From assembly GCF_044704955.1 (NCBI RefSeq), contig NC_092007.1, positions 3,720,001-3,784,000 of the forward strand: DNA of 64,000 bases, in the 5' to 3' direction. The translations under genes were made by a program, and so were the position numbers. This document shows positions 21,206-35,030 of this stretch, piece by piece. The notes beneath the pieces are model-generated. The model saw only the letters and a program-made list of their open reading frames with translations, did not search any database and was not told the DNA's origin. This DNA is from Pristiophorus japonicus. Taxonomy: Eukaryota. The stretch's first letter is position 1; the number at the start of each line of letters is the position of its first letter.

Positions 21206-22656
21206 GAATAGTCCACGTAATTGTTCCATTATTTTGTTGCTGAGGGCTAATGGGCCATCAGGCATTATTAGCCAGCTAGATTGTATTACTTTTAAGTTAT
21301 AATTAAAATTGGTTCATTGTAACTCTTTCATGGTATCTATTGCATGTGATTGGTCTAGGGAGATCTGTATCTAGAAAATTACTCAGTTAGGCTAACTTGC
21401 GGAAAGCATTACGGGCGAAGGCATTGAGGATGGCTGCGATCACTGTGAAACAAAATAGCTGGAAGATACATCAATGAGTTCTATGAGTAAACAGTCCAGA
21501 AAGCAGATATGGAGAATAGGAACTGTAATCACACAGGACAGATAAGGTCAGAACAGGTGAAGAAACACAGCAGGTGAGGGAGCAGGTACAATGCAGGTCA
21601 GCTGTGCTTGTTTTCTAATTGTATAAATTTATGATTTTTATTACACGTAGATGCCCTGTGCTGCAAACAGCAACAACTTGTATTTATATAGCGCCTTTAA
21701 TGTAGTGAAACATGAGTATTATGAGATAAAAAAATTTGACACCCAGCCACATAAGTAGAAATTGCACAGACCTAAACCTATTCAACACCTCGCTCTGTGC
21801 ACTCAGCCAATGGTATTGAGGCTGCAGGCAGTGCTACTGCCAACTGCTGCTGTTCACTGAACTATGGCTGCAAGTTTTCCCTTGAATCGCTTAACGCAGG
21901 ACCGCTGAGTTTTGCATATTATGGTAGAGATAAGCACCCTGAATGCTAATCAAGAGGTTCTAAAACACGGCCTGAATTCGTGGTCCCTGCGAGTGTATAC
22001 GAAGTGTGCATGTCCCTGTAGGGGCCCCACAAGCTCTAGGTTTAGATATCCGAATTGCATTCGCCTAGACCTGGAATTTGCAATTTGTCAAGAATCCTCC
22101 AAACAGATCACACGCATCCGGAGGTAAGACGTAAGGCCTGCTTTTATCAGCGTGAGACTTTAAAAGTACAGAAAAATATATATTTATTAAATAATGTAAA
22201 CATTTTAAATGAGACAAGTTTATTTTTGGAAGCTTTAAAGTAGGTAAATTTATTTTTCCAAAAATTATTATTTTTTAAAAATTAATTAAATTCATTTTTA
22301 TTCATTTGACATATCTGATGGTTTAAAAAAAATATTTTTAGTGTTTGTTTTTTGGGGGTAATCCCATTCATAGTTATGATGATTCCGTATGTACAGAACT
22401 CACCCTAAGTATGAATGGAGATTCGCTAATTTGCTCGGTTAGATACGCTACTTGGATAGGTGGGCATTTAGGCAGGCCTTCGCATAGAGGGTCAGGACCA
22501 CGAATCTCTCAACATCCCGGACCACCAGATGCTTTCGTAGAGATTTTTGAGGTCGGAGGCCTCGACCCGAAAATTTCTGGGCCAGAATAGTGTCCCGACG
22601 TTCCCCATTTCAAAAGACACGGGCTTCGATATTGGGATGTCGATCGCGGTTAGTCA

Positions 22657-23558
22657 CTATTTAAACAATTGGACAACCCGTGTCAGCGGATATTTCAACA
22701 CATTTTTCACCTCCTCTCTGAACATACGTTGAGTCGCCGCATAGATGCATGTGTTTGTGCAACAACTTAGGAGCAGGAGCATGTACCCGGCTTCCTGCAG
22801 GATGTAGACAGGGTCGTCATAACCGGTGTAGGCATAGGTATTTGTGACCCGATAATACACAAAATGCACGATAAACGTCATCCACAAGAGAATGAAACTG
22901 CCGGAAATGGTGAAGAGTAAAATTATGGATTTCCTTCGGTTCTCCAACTCCGGGTCCTTGGGATTTTCCCGGTTGTTTTTGTGACGGAGAGCTTTGCGTG
23001 ATCTGTTGGCCACGACAATGCATCTTACAGTCAGGGCATTGAGCAGCAGGATCAGAAAGAATGGGAGGAATGGGGTAGCAATACAATTAAAGGAAGAATA
23101 TATTATCCACAAAGGTGCGGTATAAAAGATGGATTTCGTGTGGCAATACCAAGGCACCTCGCCAATTACGTATAGGGGTTCAAATTTGAAATACCAGGGT
23201 ATGTTTTGCAAACAGCCGAGAATAAACACCATCCCCACCACTGCGGTTGCCAGTTCCTTTGTGCAGTATTTCCTCTTCAGCTTCTGGCAGCAGATGGCGA
23301 GGAACCGATCAAAGGTGAACGCAACCGTCAGCCAGACGGAAATGTCCCTGCTCGCGTAAATGAGGACGATTTTCAGGCTGCATATCGGGGTGGTCGACAT
23401 GTAGCTGCCTGGGAAGTAGATGCCGACGATGCGATTTAGAACCACGCCGGTGATAATGACCAGTAGATCTGCCACAGCCATGCCCACCAGGTAGCGAGTG
23501 ATGCATTCGGAGAGGCCGCACTTTCCACGGGACAGGGCCACAATCGCCACCAGGTTTG
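22657..23558 (-). CDS. GPR139/GPR142-like class A GPCR, gene 1, exon 2
   Basis: ttttcag acceptor; TM2 MAVADLL, TM3 FTFDRF, TM7 NTCIY; 902 bp. Confidence 0.92.
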
Positions 23559-23639
23559 CTGAAAATAAACAGGTTAAAATAAAAGGGAACTGACCCATCT
23601 ATTCTTGACATAAAATTCACGTCTTTAGCATATATTTGC

Positions 23640-24545
23640 CTGGATCGACCTTCCCTCCATCATAATGTCAGAAGTGGGGATGTTTGCTGAAGAGTGCACA
23701 GTGTTCAGTTCCATTCGCAACTCCACAGATAATGAAGAATGCAGCAAGACCTGGACGACATTCAGGCTTAGGCTAATAAGCGGCAAATAACATTCGCGCC
23801 ACACAAGTGCCAGTCAATGACTATCTCCAACAAGCGAGAGTCTAACCAATGCCCCTCGACATTCAACGGTATTGCCATCACCAAATCTCCCACCATCAAT
23901 ATCCTGGGGGTCACCATTGGCCAGAAACTTAACTGGACTAGCCAGATAAATACTGTGGTGAAAAGAGGAGGTCAGAGGCTGGGTATTCTGTGACGAGTCT
24001 CTGACCGCCTGACTCCCCAAAGCCTTTCCACCATCGACAAGGCACAAGTCAGGAGTGTGATGGGATACTCTCCACTTGCCTGGATGAGTGCAGCTCCAAC
24101 AACACTCAAGAAGCTAAAAACAAATCAGGGCAAAACAGCCCTCTTGATTGCCTCCCCATCCACCACTTTAAAGATTAACTCCCTCCATCGAGTCTTCAGT
24201 CTGTACCATCTACAAGATGCAGTGCAGCAACTCGCCAAGGCTTCTTCGGCAGCATGTCCCAAACCCACAACCTCGACCACCTTGAAGGACAAGGGCAGCA
24301 GGTGAATGCAAACACCACAACCTCCCTGTTCCCCTCCGAGTCACACACCATCCTGATTTTGAAATATATCACTGTTGCAACATTCAAAGTCCCGGAACTC
24401 CCCCCATAACAGCAGTGTAGCACCTTCACCACATGGACTGCAGCAGTTCAAGAACACGGCTCACCACCACCTTCTCAATGGGCAATTAGGGATGGGCAAT
24501 AAAAGCTGGCCTAGCCAGTGATGCCCACATCCCAGGAACAAACAA
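23640..24545 (+). mobile_element. CR1/L2-group LINE 3' fragment (paralogous pieces at 37565-38470 and 57050-57505)
   Basis: Degenerate FADD, YKAQVRSVMEYSPLAW; tail gcaattagggatgggcaataaa. Confidence 0.75.
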
Positions 24546-24949
24546 AAAAAATCTATGACAATCTAGTTGATCTTGCCCAGAATTTTTTTAAATTTCAAAA
24601 TATACTTTATTCATATAAAAATTTGAACAGTATATTCAAAAGCAGTTCAGTACATTTAACAGCGAGAATAATGGCCAATTAGTTGATATTCACATCACAT
24701 TAATTAATTCTATGTTGATTCCATTTGTGAAAACTGCAATACCGCACCCCTGTGGAGGAGCAGGGTATCTCTGACAGTAACTTTGAGGATTTACGAGGTT
24801 AGCTGCGCATCTGCTGATGATAGGTGCTGCTGTCAGTTTTACACAGTGTTAACGGTGAGCAAATTCGTGGCCACTTTTTGAATGGTTTTGCAGAATCAAT
24901 CACATTTCGGAAAGCGGGAGAAGTTGAAAAGTGGACAATGGGAAGTAAG

Positions 24950-25570
24950 ACATGTATTTATATAGCGCAATTCACGACCACCGGACATATAAAAACACTT
25001 TACAGCCAATGAAATACATTTGAATTGTAGTCACCGTTGTAAAGTGGCAGCCAATGTATGCATAGAAAGCTCCCATCAATGTGATAATAACTGTTTTTGG
25101 TATATTGATTGAGGGATAAATATTGACCCAGGACACCAGAGATATCTCCATTCCTCTTCTTCAAAATAATGCCATGGGATCTATTATGTCCACCTGATAG
25201 AGCACACAGGAGCTCGGTTTTTGGTTTCATCAGAAAGACGGCACATCTGGCAGTGCAGCAGTTCCTGAGTACTGTCTCTCCGACATTACCGTGCTCTCTC
25301 AGTACTGACCCTCCGAAATGCAGCACTCCCTCAGTACCGCCCCTCCGACAGTGCAGCGCTCCCTCAGTACTGCCCCTCTAACAGTGCAGTGCTTCCTCAG
25401 TGCTGCCCCTCTGACAGTGTGGCACTCCCTCAGTACTGCCCCTCTGACAGTGTGGTGCTCCCTCAGTACAGTCCCTCCGACAGTGCGGCGCTCCCTCAGT
25501 ACTGCCACTCCTACTCGAACCCACAACCTACTGATTCAGAGGGTAGTGTTTTACCCACAGAGCCACAGCT
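24950..25570 (-). mobile_element. SacSINE1/DeuSINE-like SINE with internal 33-bp tandem expansion (duplicate at 40270-40900)
   Basis: tRNA-like head, CAGTACTGAGGGAG repeats, Deu-like body, gcgctatataaat tail. Confidence 0.75.
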
Positions 25571-25992
25571 GAGTTGCTTGGAGCTGAATGCCTTGCGTGC
25601 ACTCGATACAATTGCACATATGCTTCTGAGAGACAACTCACAGCTATGTCTTCCACTCTGTCCAACTCGCTGCAACTCATGGAATCTTCAAACAAAGCAA
25701 TAGTGAATACAGTTTTGTGAGCATTCCCACTGCTTGGTGCCGAACCTTGTTTCATGGTTTAGAATAATTAGGATTATTGCTTACATTGGAAAAAAAAATA
25801 AGTTTCTAAAATCTAAACATGTTAAATAAGTTAAATAAATTCAGCATGATTTGTGCACTGGACTGCACTATTGAATCGTGAACTCTCTCAGAAGTAAGGC
25901 TAGGCAGTGGCTCAAACACCAGATATGCAGTAAGTGCAATCAATCATTTAATCATTGTTTTGCATAATTAATATGAGACTGCAATGACTTAC

Positions 25993-26062
25993 CAGGAATA
26001 CCGACAGCAGCGAGAACCGGGTAGTAAATAGCATACAGCAGACCACTTACAGGTTCATGCAT
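25993..26062 (-). CDS. GPCR gene 1, exon 1
   Basis: MHEPVSGLLYAIYYPVLAAVGIP + G|gtaagt; 70 bp, splices in frame to exon 2 to give 323 aa. Confidence 0.9.
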
Positions 26063-28639
26063 CTTCTGTCAGAAGTGCTGATACCTGATGCTCGTGGAAA
26101 CGATCATTCTGAGAAGCAAAGTACCTCTGCTATATACATCAGCAACCACCCCACGGGACAATTGGGCATTAATTAACATCATTACTGTAACTTCATTGCT
26201 ACATAGTGCCATTATTTACTTCATTGCTGTTATCTTGCTGACATTCATCTTGGCAAATCCCACCCTTGATTCAATACTATTTCCTTGGGTTGTCAGATAT
26301 GCTACTAGCTTCCTCTACTGTAAACACTGAAGGAAAGTAATTATTAACATGTCCACCATTTCCTTATTTTCAGTTACATTAACACCGCTATCAGTTTTCA
26401 AGGGGCACACTTTACTCCTGATTACCCTCTTCTTTCTAATATAATTGTTTAAAAATTATGTTGATTTTGATAAAAATTTAAAGTAACTTTTCATACTCTC
26501 TTTTTGTAGCTCTTACTATCTGTGTTTACACAAGATTACATTGGATTATTACAGTGAGAATAAGGGGTTGATAGTTGCATGCTTCTGTTTTGTTACTTGT
26601 CATACCTGGTTAGAATGCAGTCAGGCTCCATGCCCCATTGTTAAACACATCCAGGCATAATTATCTTATTTTGAAGCTGTTTCACTGTTACAAGGTGGCT
26701 TATGTCATGTTTTATGTGCAGGCAATCATAGCCAAATTCTCAGTCTGCTCATTTGTATGTAGGCTTCTCTGGGAGAGCACTGATACATGCATATATGTAT
26801 AAATGAAGAGCTAGTTTGTGTAATATGATCGCTTGCAAGATAAGCAGCACTATATGTTATGGTTTTGGAAAATAACTGATTTGGTCAGATTTTCAAAACT
26901 TACAAACCAACCCCTCCCTTCCATTCAGTGAATAATAAGTCAGCATGATGAATCCTATCTTGCAAAATGTGCATGCAAATGATAGACAGAACTCAGTAAC
27001 ATTTTAGCCTTGTCACTAACATCAACAGATTTCTGGTAGAAAATCCCACTATGCTATGTTCAATTACTTTGTCATAACATCTTCCTGATATGCCTCATTG
27101 ATAACATTTTCCTTAAGTTGTTCTGCAGAAATAACTTTTGGGTACAGTTTATGGAGAGTCATAGCCATATCCCATTCACTTTTCCTTTAAATTATTACAG
27201 ATCTCTTGGGCCTTATTATAAACATCTTATGTATCTTCAAGTTCCATTATGGAGAAACTTCTCCCGATATTGTCTTTTCCAGAGCTTCCATTCGTTCTGG
27301 CAGTTTAATACTGGGTCAAATAATGAACTAGTTTCCAGGATTTAAACTTGACGATTGCCTGTATGTTAATAACCTGGTAACCCAGAGCAAACGTAGACTC
27401 AAAAAGGGAAGAATCTACCGAACAACCTCCTTTGATTTTTTTTAACAAGTAACATTCCAAGTGGATAGTGGAAAGCTCTGTAACATAGTGCTCCCATGAT
27501 TCCAAAAAGCATTTGATAAAGGTGCACTTGAATCATTGCTAGTTAAAGTCAAAGCAGTGAGGATTGAGAATACAATTTGGGAATAGATTTTAAAACATTG
27601 GTTGAAAGGTAGAAAGTACTGGGTATTTGCTAAAGGAGTTATGGTGGGGCGGGGGGTAGAATTTGTTAGAATTCCCAAACTTCTAGAATGTGACAATATG
27701 AGCTTTTGATAATTGTGTTAATCATAATCAAAAATTTGCAGGTCTCCAGTCGTCTTGGTTAACCCTTGCCACTGAATCAAGACCTAGCTCTGTCAAGCCC
27801 GTGTGGCATTAAAAAGATCCACACAAAGGCATCTTCCACCCTTCAGGATGTAGTTCAGGACCTGGAATTTTAGGTCCTTCATTGGAACACCATGAACTTA
27901 TCCTTTTTTTGTTTGTAAGTCATCCTCGTTTAAAGGAATTGCCTGTGATGACATTGGATATACAGTTCAGAGACAGGCCATTTATCCCAACCAGTCCATG
28001 CTGCATTTATGCTCCACTCGAGCCTTCTCCCATCTTTCCTCATCTAAACCTATCCGCTTAACCCTCTATTTCCTTCTCCCTCATATGCTTGTATAGCCTC
28101 CCCTTAAATGCATCGATACTATTCACCTCAACCACTCCCAGTAGTAGCGAGTTCCACATTCTCACCACTCTGGGTGAAGAATTTTCTCCAGAATTCCCTA
28201 TTGGATTTCTTGAAAACTTTTCGTCTTTGTATCTCTCCCAGTTACCAGCATCTGTGCTATTTTGTGCTTCTTTGTATGCTTGATCTTTTCATTTCATGTT
28301 GTCACTTACTTCTATTTGCCACCCATGGCTGCATTTGGCAAGCAGAGCTTTTGCCCCTTAATGGCATAAACTGGTCCTGCATCATTTTAAATTCCTTTTT
28401 GAAGTGCTGCCACCAATCTTCTGTCGATTCACCCATTATCAAAGTTTGGCTAGTCATATACAATCAGTGGGAGCGAAAGTCCGGATTACCTGAATACCTC
28501 ACTGTTTGTTTTGCACCGTCTGTGAGAATAGCACATGGGCTGCGTTAAAAGTTCAAATGGTACGATGTGTAAGAGTCATTCAGCCATATATGGATGTGTG
28601 TACTTGATAACTCTGTGTAGGTTTTATTACAGCAATAAA

Positions 28640-30490
28640 ACATAAGAACATTAGAACATAAGAAATAGGAGCAGGAGTAGGCCATATGGCCACTCCAGCC
28701 TGCTCCACCATTTAATACAATCTTGGCTGATCCAATCATGGACTCAGGTCCACTTTCCTGACCGCTTCACATAACCCCTTATTCCCTTATTGGTTAAGAA
28801 ACTGTCTATCTCTGTCTTAAATTTATTCAATGTCCCAGCTTCCACAGTTCTCTGAGACAGCGAATTCCACAAATTTACAACCCTCTGAGAGAAGAAATGC
28901 CACCTCATCTCAGTTTTTAATGGCGGCCCATTATTCTAAGATTATGCCCCCTAATTCTAGTCTACTACATCAGTGGAAACATTCTCTCTGCATCCATCAT
29001 TGGCGAGCACCCTCAGCGGTTTGTTGAACGATAAGGGGATAAGGGGTTATGGGCAGCGGGCAGTGAAGGTGGAGCTAAGTCCACGATCAGATCAGCCATG
29101 ATCTTAATGAATGGCGGAGCAGGCTCGAGGGGCCATATGGCCAACTCCTGTTCCTATTTCTTATGTTCTTGTGTTCTTATAATCATACCTTTTGATAAGA
29201 TCACATCTCAATCTTCTGAATTCCAATGAGTAGAGGCCCAACATACTCAATCATTCCTCATAATTCAACCCACTCATCTCCGGAATCAACCAAGTGAACC
29301 TGCTCTGAACTGCCTCCAAAGCAAGTATAACTTTTCGTAAATATGGAAAACAAAACTGCACACAGTATTCCAGATGTGGCCTCACCAAGACCCTATATAA
29401 CTGTTGCAAGACTTCCCTGCTTTTATTCTCCATCCCCTTTGCAATAAAGGCCAAAATACCATTGGCCTTCCTGATCTCTTGCTGTACCTGCATATTAACC
29501 TTTTGTTTTTGACGCATAAATACCTCCAGGTCCCGCTGTGCTGCAGCACTTTGCAATCATTCTCCATTTAAATAATAACTTGGTCTTTGATTTTTTTCTG
29601 ACAAAGTGCATGATCACACACTTTCCAACATTGTACTCCATCTGCCAATTTTGTGCCCACTCAGTTAGCCTGCCTATGTCCTTTTGCAGATATTTTAGTG
29701 TCCTCCTCACACATTGCTTTTCCCCCCATCATTGTATCATCAGCAAACCTGGCTACGTTACACTGTCCCTTCTTTCTAGTCGTTAATATAGATTGTAAAT
29801 AGTTGGGATCCCAGCACTGATTCCTGTGGCACTCCACTAGTTACTGATTGCCAACCCAAGAGTGAACCATTTATCCCAAATTCTCTGTTCGTTAGCCAAC
29901 CCTCCATGCATGCTAATATATTACCCCCAACCCCGTGAACTTTTATCTTGTGCAGTAACCATTTATGTGGCAGCTTGTCAAATACCTTCTGGAAGGACAA
30001 ATGCACCACATCCACTGGTTCCCTTTATCCACCCTCTTCATTACATCCTCAAATAATTCCCACAAATTTTTCAAAGATGACTTCCCCTTCATAAATCCAT
30101 GCTGACTGCCTGACCAAATTGTGTTTTTCCAAATGTCATGCTGCTACTTCTTTAATAATGGAGTCCAACATTTTCGCAAATGCAGATATTCGGCTAACTG
30201 ATCTATAGTTTCCTGTTTTTTGTCTGTCTCCTTTTTTAAATAGGGACATTTAATTTGCAATTATCCAATCTGCTGGGACCTCGCCCGAATCCAGGGAATT
30301 TTGGTAAATTACAACCAGTGCATCCACTATCCCTGTCACTACTTCTGTTAAGATCCTAGGATGCAAGCCATCAGGTCCAGGGGATTTATCTGCCTTTAGT
30401 CCCATTATCTTACTGAGTACTACCTCCGTAGTGATTGTGTTAAGTTCCTCCCCCCCCTCGCCCCCATAGTCTCTTGTTGACTATGCACTG
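28640..30490 (-). mobile_element. CR1 LINE with a short sense-strand CR1 tail inserted (about 29020-29175); duplicate at 44000-45860
   Basis: KADKS.GPDG.HPRIL, GVPQGSVLG, LVRPHLEYC. Confidence 0.88.
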
Positions 30491-30959
30491 TTTCAGGAGA
30501 GTTGGGTACCTGGTTGTTTAGTTTTTTTGATATTCAGTGGCATTTGCATGCATCCTTTGATGTACCATGATTTATTGTTAATACGCATGGAATGTACTGA
30601 TCAAAGGGAATAGCTAGTATGTCTCATGTCTAAGCAGTTAGCATACACTGGTCTTTTGAACTGTGTGCCCCAGTAGATCTCAAACTGGTTTTGTGCAGTA
30701 TGAAGTTTCAATAAAGACCTGATCCTGCATTACTACAACTGGGTGCCTGTATAACCTGATGTTTAAAGCAACTAAATGGAAAAGATCAAGAAAAAGGAAA
30801 GTCCCACAGAATTCAGTAATCATGACCTGTGACTCCTCCTGATGTTATCGACACGGGTGGATATTGACTCACAAGATGAGTCACCAACACTTTGTTGCTG
30901 AATGCTGATCAGGTTTAATGCATATCGAATGCTACTTAGCATCAATGGTAACAACAAAA

Positions 30960-31660
30960 CAACAATTTGTATTTAGATAGCACCGTTAACATAGTGAACC
31001 ATTCCAAGGCACGTCACAGGAGTATTGTAAGATAACATTTTGACACTGAGCCACGTAAGGAGAAATCAAGGCAGATGACCAAAAGCTTGGTTGAAGAGGT
31101 AGGTTTTAAGGAACGTCTTAAAGGAGCGATAGGTAGAAAATGGAAAGGTTTTAGGCATGGGTTCCAGAACTTAGGACCGAGGCAGCAGAAGGCACGGCCA
31201 CCAATCGTTGAGCATTTATAATCAGGGATGTTTAAGAAGCCATAATTAGAGGAGCACGGATATCTCATGGGTTTCTGTGGCTGGAAGAGATTACAAAGAT
31301 AGGGCGGGGCGAGGAGGACATGGAGGGATTTGAAACCAAGTATGATAATTTTGGAATCGAAACGTTGCTAAACCGGCAGCCAACATAGGTCAGCGAGCAC
31401 AGGGGGTGATGGGTGAATGAGACTTGGTGCCAGTTTGACACGGGCAGCCGAGTATTGAATGACATCAAGTTTACATAGGGTAGAATGTGGTGGGGCGCGG
31501 CCAAGTGTGCATTAGAATAGTCAAGTCCAGAGGTAACAAGGATGAGGGTTTCAGCAGCGGATGAACTGAGGCAGGGGCGGAAACGAGCAATGTTATAGAG
31601 GTGGAACTAGGGGATCGTAGTGATCGCATGGAGATGTGGTCAGTAGCTCATTGCAGGGCA
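30960..31660 (-). mobile_element. L2-type LINE 3' fragment (duplicate at 46380-47080)
   Basis: LADLYWLPVKQ...FKSLH...PPYLCNLLQ; GGRAF.CLGPK.WN. Confidence 0.75.
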
Positions 31661-32164
31661 CAAAGATGACAAACCATTGATGGTAAAGTTAAGAAGAGGA
31701 TGAAGGAGCAGGAGGATAATTATTCAATAGTGGGATTTTGTTTCACATAGATCTGTTTTTGTGAAACTGGCTTAATTTCATTGCAATGGGTCGAGCTGTA
31801 AGAGAACCAGCTGCTTCGTATTTAATGGTGCTTTACACCAAATTTCTAGGCTAATAGCTTCAGCCCTCCCCATATTCACATTCGTCCTCCTTAAATTACA
31901 TGGTATTTCAGCTACATTTTATAACACGTGATCTTCTCCCCATCAAGGAACTGCCCCAGCTCACTGTTGAAGGTAAGTAAAGAGTCTCGACTCACTGTAC
32001 GAACCTGTAACTTCTTCTGTAGATCTATTATCCTCTGATAAATGAAGAACCATTGAACATCTAAGCTAGCCATAACATTGTACAACCTATATACACGTCC
32101 CTGGCCCCCTTGAACCTATCAAATTGAACTAATCTTCTCGTATGATAACAGTACATTCCTTCAA

Positions 32165-32760
32165 CTAGAATTGAAAAGTAGGGAAGTTATGCTAAACATG
32201 TATCGAACCTTGGTTAGACCACACTTGAGGTGCTGCGTACACTTGTGGTCGCCATAATATAAAAAGGAGATAGAGGCACTGCAGAGGGTGCAGAGAAGAT
32301 TTACAAGGAAAATACCAGAAATGTGAGTATACATATCAGGAAAGGATGACCTGGCTGGACCTCTTTTCTCTTGAAAAACAAAGGCTTGGGATGACCTAAC
32401 AGAGGTCTTTAAAATTAAGAAAGGTTATGATAGATTAGATACAGTGAGAATGTTTCCGCTTGTGGGGAAGAGGAAAACTAGAGGCCATCAATAAAAGATA
32501 GTCAGCAAGAAATCCAATCGGTAATTCAGAAGAAACTTCTTTACCTGGAGAGTGGTGAGAATATTCAACTCATTACCACAGAGAGTGGTTGAAGCAAATA
32601 GTATAGGCATTTAAGCGGTGGTTAAATGAGCCACATGAGGGAAAAGGGAATTGAGGGTTATGCGGATATATTTAAATGAGAAAAGAGGGGAGAAGGCTCA
32701 AGTGCAGCGTAAACGTTGGCATGCACTTGTTGGGCCGAATTCAGTTTTGTATATCCTACG
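32165..32760 (+). mobile_element. Old CR1 3' fragment (duplicate at 47580-48170)
   Basis: Degenerate YRTLVRPHL motif and 3' UTR. Confidence 0.75.
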
Positions 32761-33167
32761 TAAACTATTGAATATATTTCTATCAAATCACCCAAAGGTT
32801 ATGCACCAGTAAAATGATTAAAGCAGCCTGGAGGAGATTACAGAGGTAGGGTGGGTCGAGGAGGCCATGGAGGGATTTGAAAATAAGGGAGAGAATTTTG
32901 AAATTGAGACATTGCTAAGCCTCCAAGAAAGGTATCTTTTGCATGTCCCTGATGGGCGTTATACATAAATTAAAGACTTTCCATGTATCACTGACCAATA
33001 TGCCCTCGAACGTGTTAAATACCAATTGTACGATTTGTGCAAGTACTGGCGCTTAAAGCATTAACCCTTCCAGCTGCATGATAACACAAATCGGCCCAGT
33101 GTCAGGAAAGAATGAATTCAATGTATAAAAGAGAATGTTCGTGACAACCATACAAAAAGGTGGATGG

Positions 33168-33396
33168 AAACATAGAAACATAGAAACATAGAAAATAGGT
33201 GCAGGAGTAAGGCATTCGGCCCTTCTAGCTGCATCGCCATTCAATGAGTTCATGGCTGAACATGCAACTTCAGTACCCCATTCCTGCTTTCTCGCCATAC
33301 CCCTTGATCCCCCTAGTAGTAAGGACTTCATTGAACTCGTTTTTGAATATATTTAGTGAATTGTCTAACTCCTTTTTGAATATATTTAGTGAATTG
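33168..33396 (-). mobile_element. Short young CR1 3' end with a small internal duplication
   Basis: (AAACATAG)n tail, GIKGYGEKAGMGY, repeated tttttgaatatatttagtgaattg. Confidence 0.8.
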
Positions 33397-33610
33397 ATGG
33401 AAAGGAAGCTGAAAGAGATTGGGAGAGAGCAGAGAGGGTAAATCTGAGAATTTACAGAAGTGTAAAGCAAAGAATATAACAAAAAAGAAAATGCCAAACC
33501 GGAGTAACAGTTCACAATGAGATTTCAAGCTGAGAAAGTCTAGCCAGAGACAGAATGTGTCGCACTGGTATGTAAGATTTAAATAGACTTGTGAATCAGG
33601 GGCGTCAAGG

Positions 33611-33885
33611 TGTTATGTATGTATCTTTGAGCATGCTCACAGGTTTGTGGGGCTGTTGCACTGTGAGTGGCTTAGCCAGTCATGTGATGTTCACAAGCCT
33701 CAATAAAACCCCAGTTAATTGAGTCTAGGTTCTCCACGATGAGGTATGCAGTTATGAGCCTAGTGGATGAACCAATGGCGTTCAGTTTGATTGTTGAACC
33801 TTTGCTAAAAAACCAACCAGTTCTTTACAGCAAATGTGTAGCTTTTAATTCTTAAGCAAAGAACCCACGAAGCAAATACACCACA
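33611..33885 (+). mobile_element. Solo LTR
   Basis: TG...CA, internal AATAAA, perfect TSD CAAGG (33606-33610 / 33886-33890) inside a CR1 tail. Confidence 0.85.
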
Positions 33886-34589
33886 CAAGGGTTATAGGAA
33901 ACAGGCAATAAAGTGGAGTTGATGTCAAGATGAGATCAGCCATGATATTATTGAATGGCGGAGCAGTCTTGAGGGGCTGTGTGATCGACTCCTGCTCCTA
34001 TTTCTTATGTTCTTATGAATTTGATTGGCTCTAGTCCACAAAAAGATGCACAAGTTGGAGGCAAGAGAGGCAACCAACCCAGGAGGAACTGAATGCTACA
34101 ACTAAAGATGGAAATTCACCACAGTGATGTTGCATGAAGTGACCTTGTGTCATCAGAGAAAAACATGCCCATCAACTCAATGGTGCAAATGCAGCAGGTC
34201 GAGTTGTATTAGATCATGGAATGTAATCATCGTTAGAAGTTACGAGCTTATCAGCAATGTACTAAGTAAGGATGTAACAAATACAATAGAATTACTATTC
34301 TAAGATTCTGTCGGCTATACACGAGCGTAACTGTGACCAAAGCTTGCAGACTCGTTGGCAGTCCTGGACATTTAATCTAATTCTAATTTTGTGGTAAGTA
34401 ACCCCAACTGATGTTGAAATGGTGACACACGCGAGCCATCTTTGTAACCTAATATTTATTAATCCATGATTGAAAACATTTTCTTCTTGTGTGCATTCAA
34501 TGTTTATTATTGAAATATGGCTACTTTTATTATCAAAACCTTTTATAAATACATTTTCATTCATAATTTTGTTGGCTGACGTTTTTGTA

Positions 34590-35030
34590 TTTGTTCCTGG
34601 GATGTGGGCATCGCTGGCAAAGCCGGGATTTATTGCCCGTCCCTAACTGCCCTTGAGAAATAGGTGGCAAGCCGCCTTCTTGAACCACTTGTTGTTTTTT
34701 GTAGCGCTTTGTTACAACTGAGTGTCTCACTAGACCACTTCAGAGGACAGTTAAGAGTCAACCACATTGGCTGTGGGTCTGGAGTCACATAGAGGCCATA
34801 TTGGATAAGGACGGCAGATTTCCTGCCCTAAATGACATGAGTGAACCCGATGGATTTTTATGAAAATCCGGTAGTTTCATGGTCACCATTACTGACACTA
34901 GCTTTTTAATTCCGGATTTATTTAGTTAACTGAATTTAAATTCCCCAGCTGCCAGGGTGAGATTTGAACTCACGGCCCTGGATTATTAGTCCAGGCTTCT
35001 GGATTACTAGTTCACTAACATAACCACTGA
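34590..35030 (-). mobile_element. tRNA-derived SINE with LINE-derived tail (related copy at 49630-50080)
   Basis: A/B-box-like head (cagtggtt...gttcaaatc); 3' tail shared with the LINE at 23640-24545. Confidence 0.7.

Larger units (their letters stand above)
21760..32829. repeat. Tandem segmental duplication, copy A
   Basis: Colinear and highly similar to 35655-48240, from aattgcacagacc to aaagcagcctg. Confidence 0.95.

Noticed and set aside
23559-23598. ORF-track N-terminus MGQFPFILTCLFS of the GPCRs (also 37484-37523)
   Set aside because: Intronic pyrimidine tract; the real start is in exon 1
26088-26330. Hydrophobic 80-aa ORF conserved in both duplicates (also 41421-41663)
   Set aside because: Conservation reflects the recent duplication; it overlaps the GPCR promoter and has no motifs
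30489-30955. Possible solo LTR (TGT...ACA with AATAAA), duplicate at about 45857-46375
   Set aside because: No TSD found and both ends abut other repeats; left unclassified
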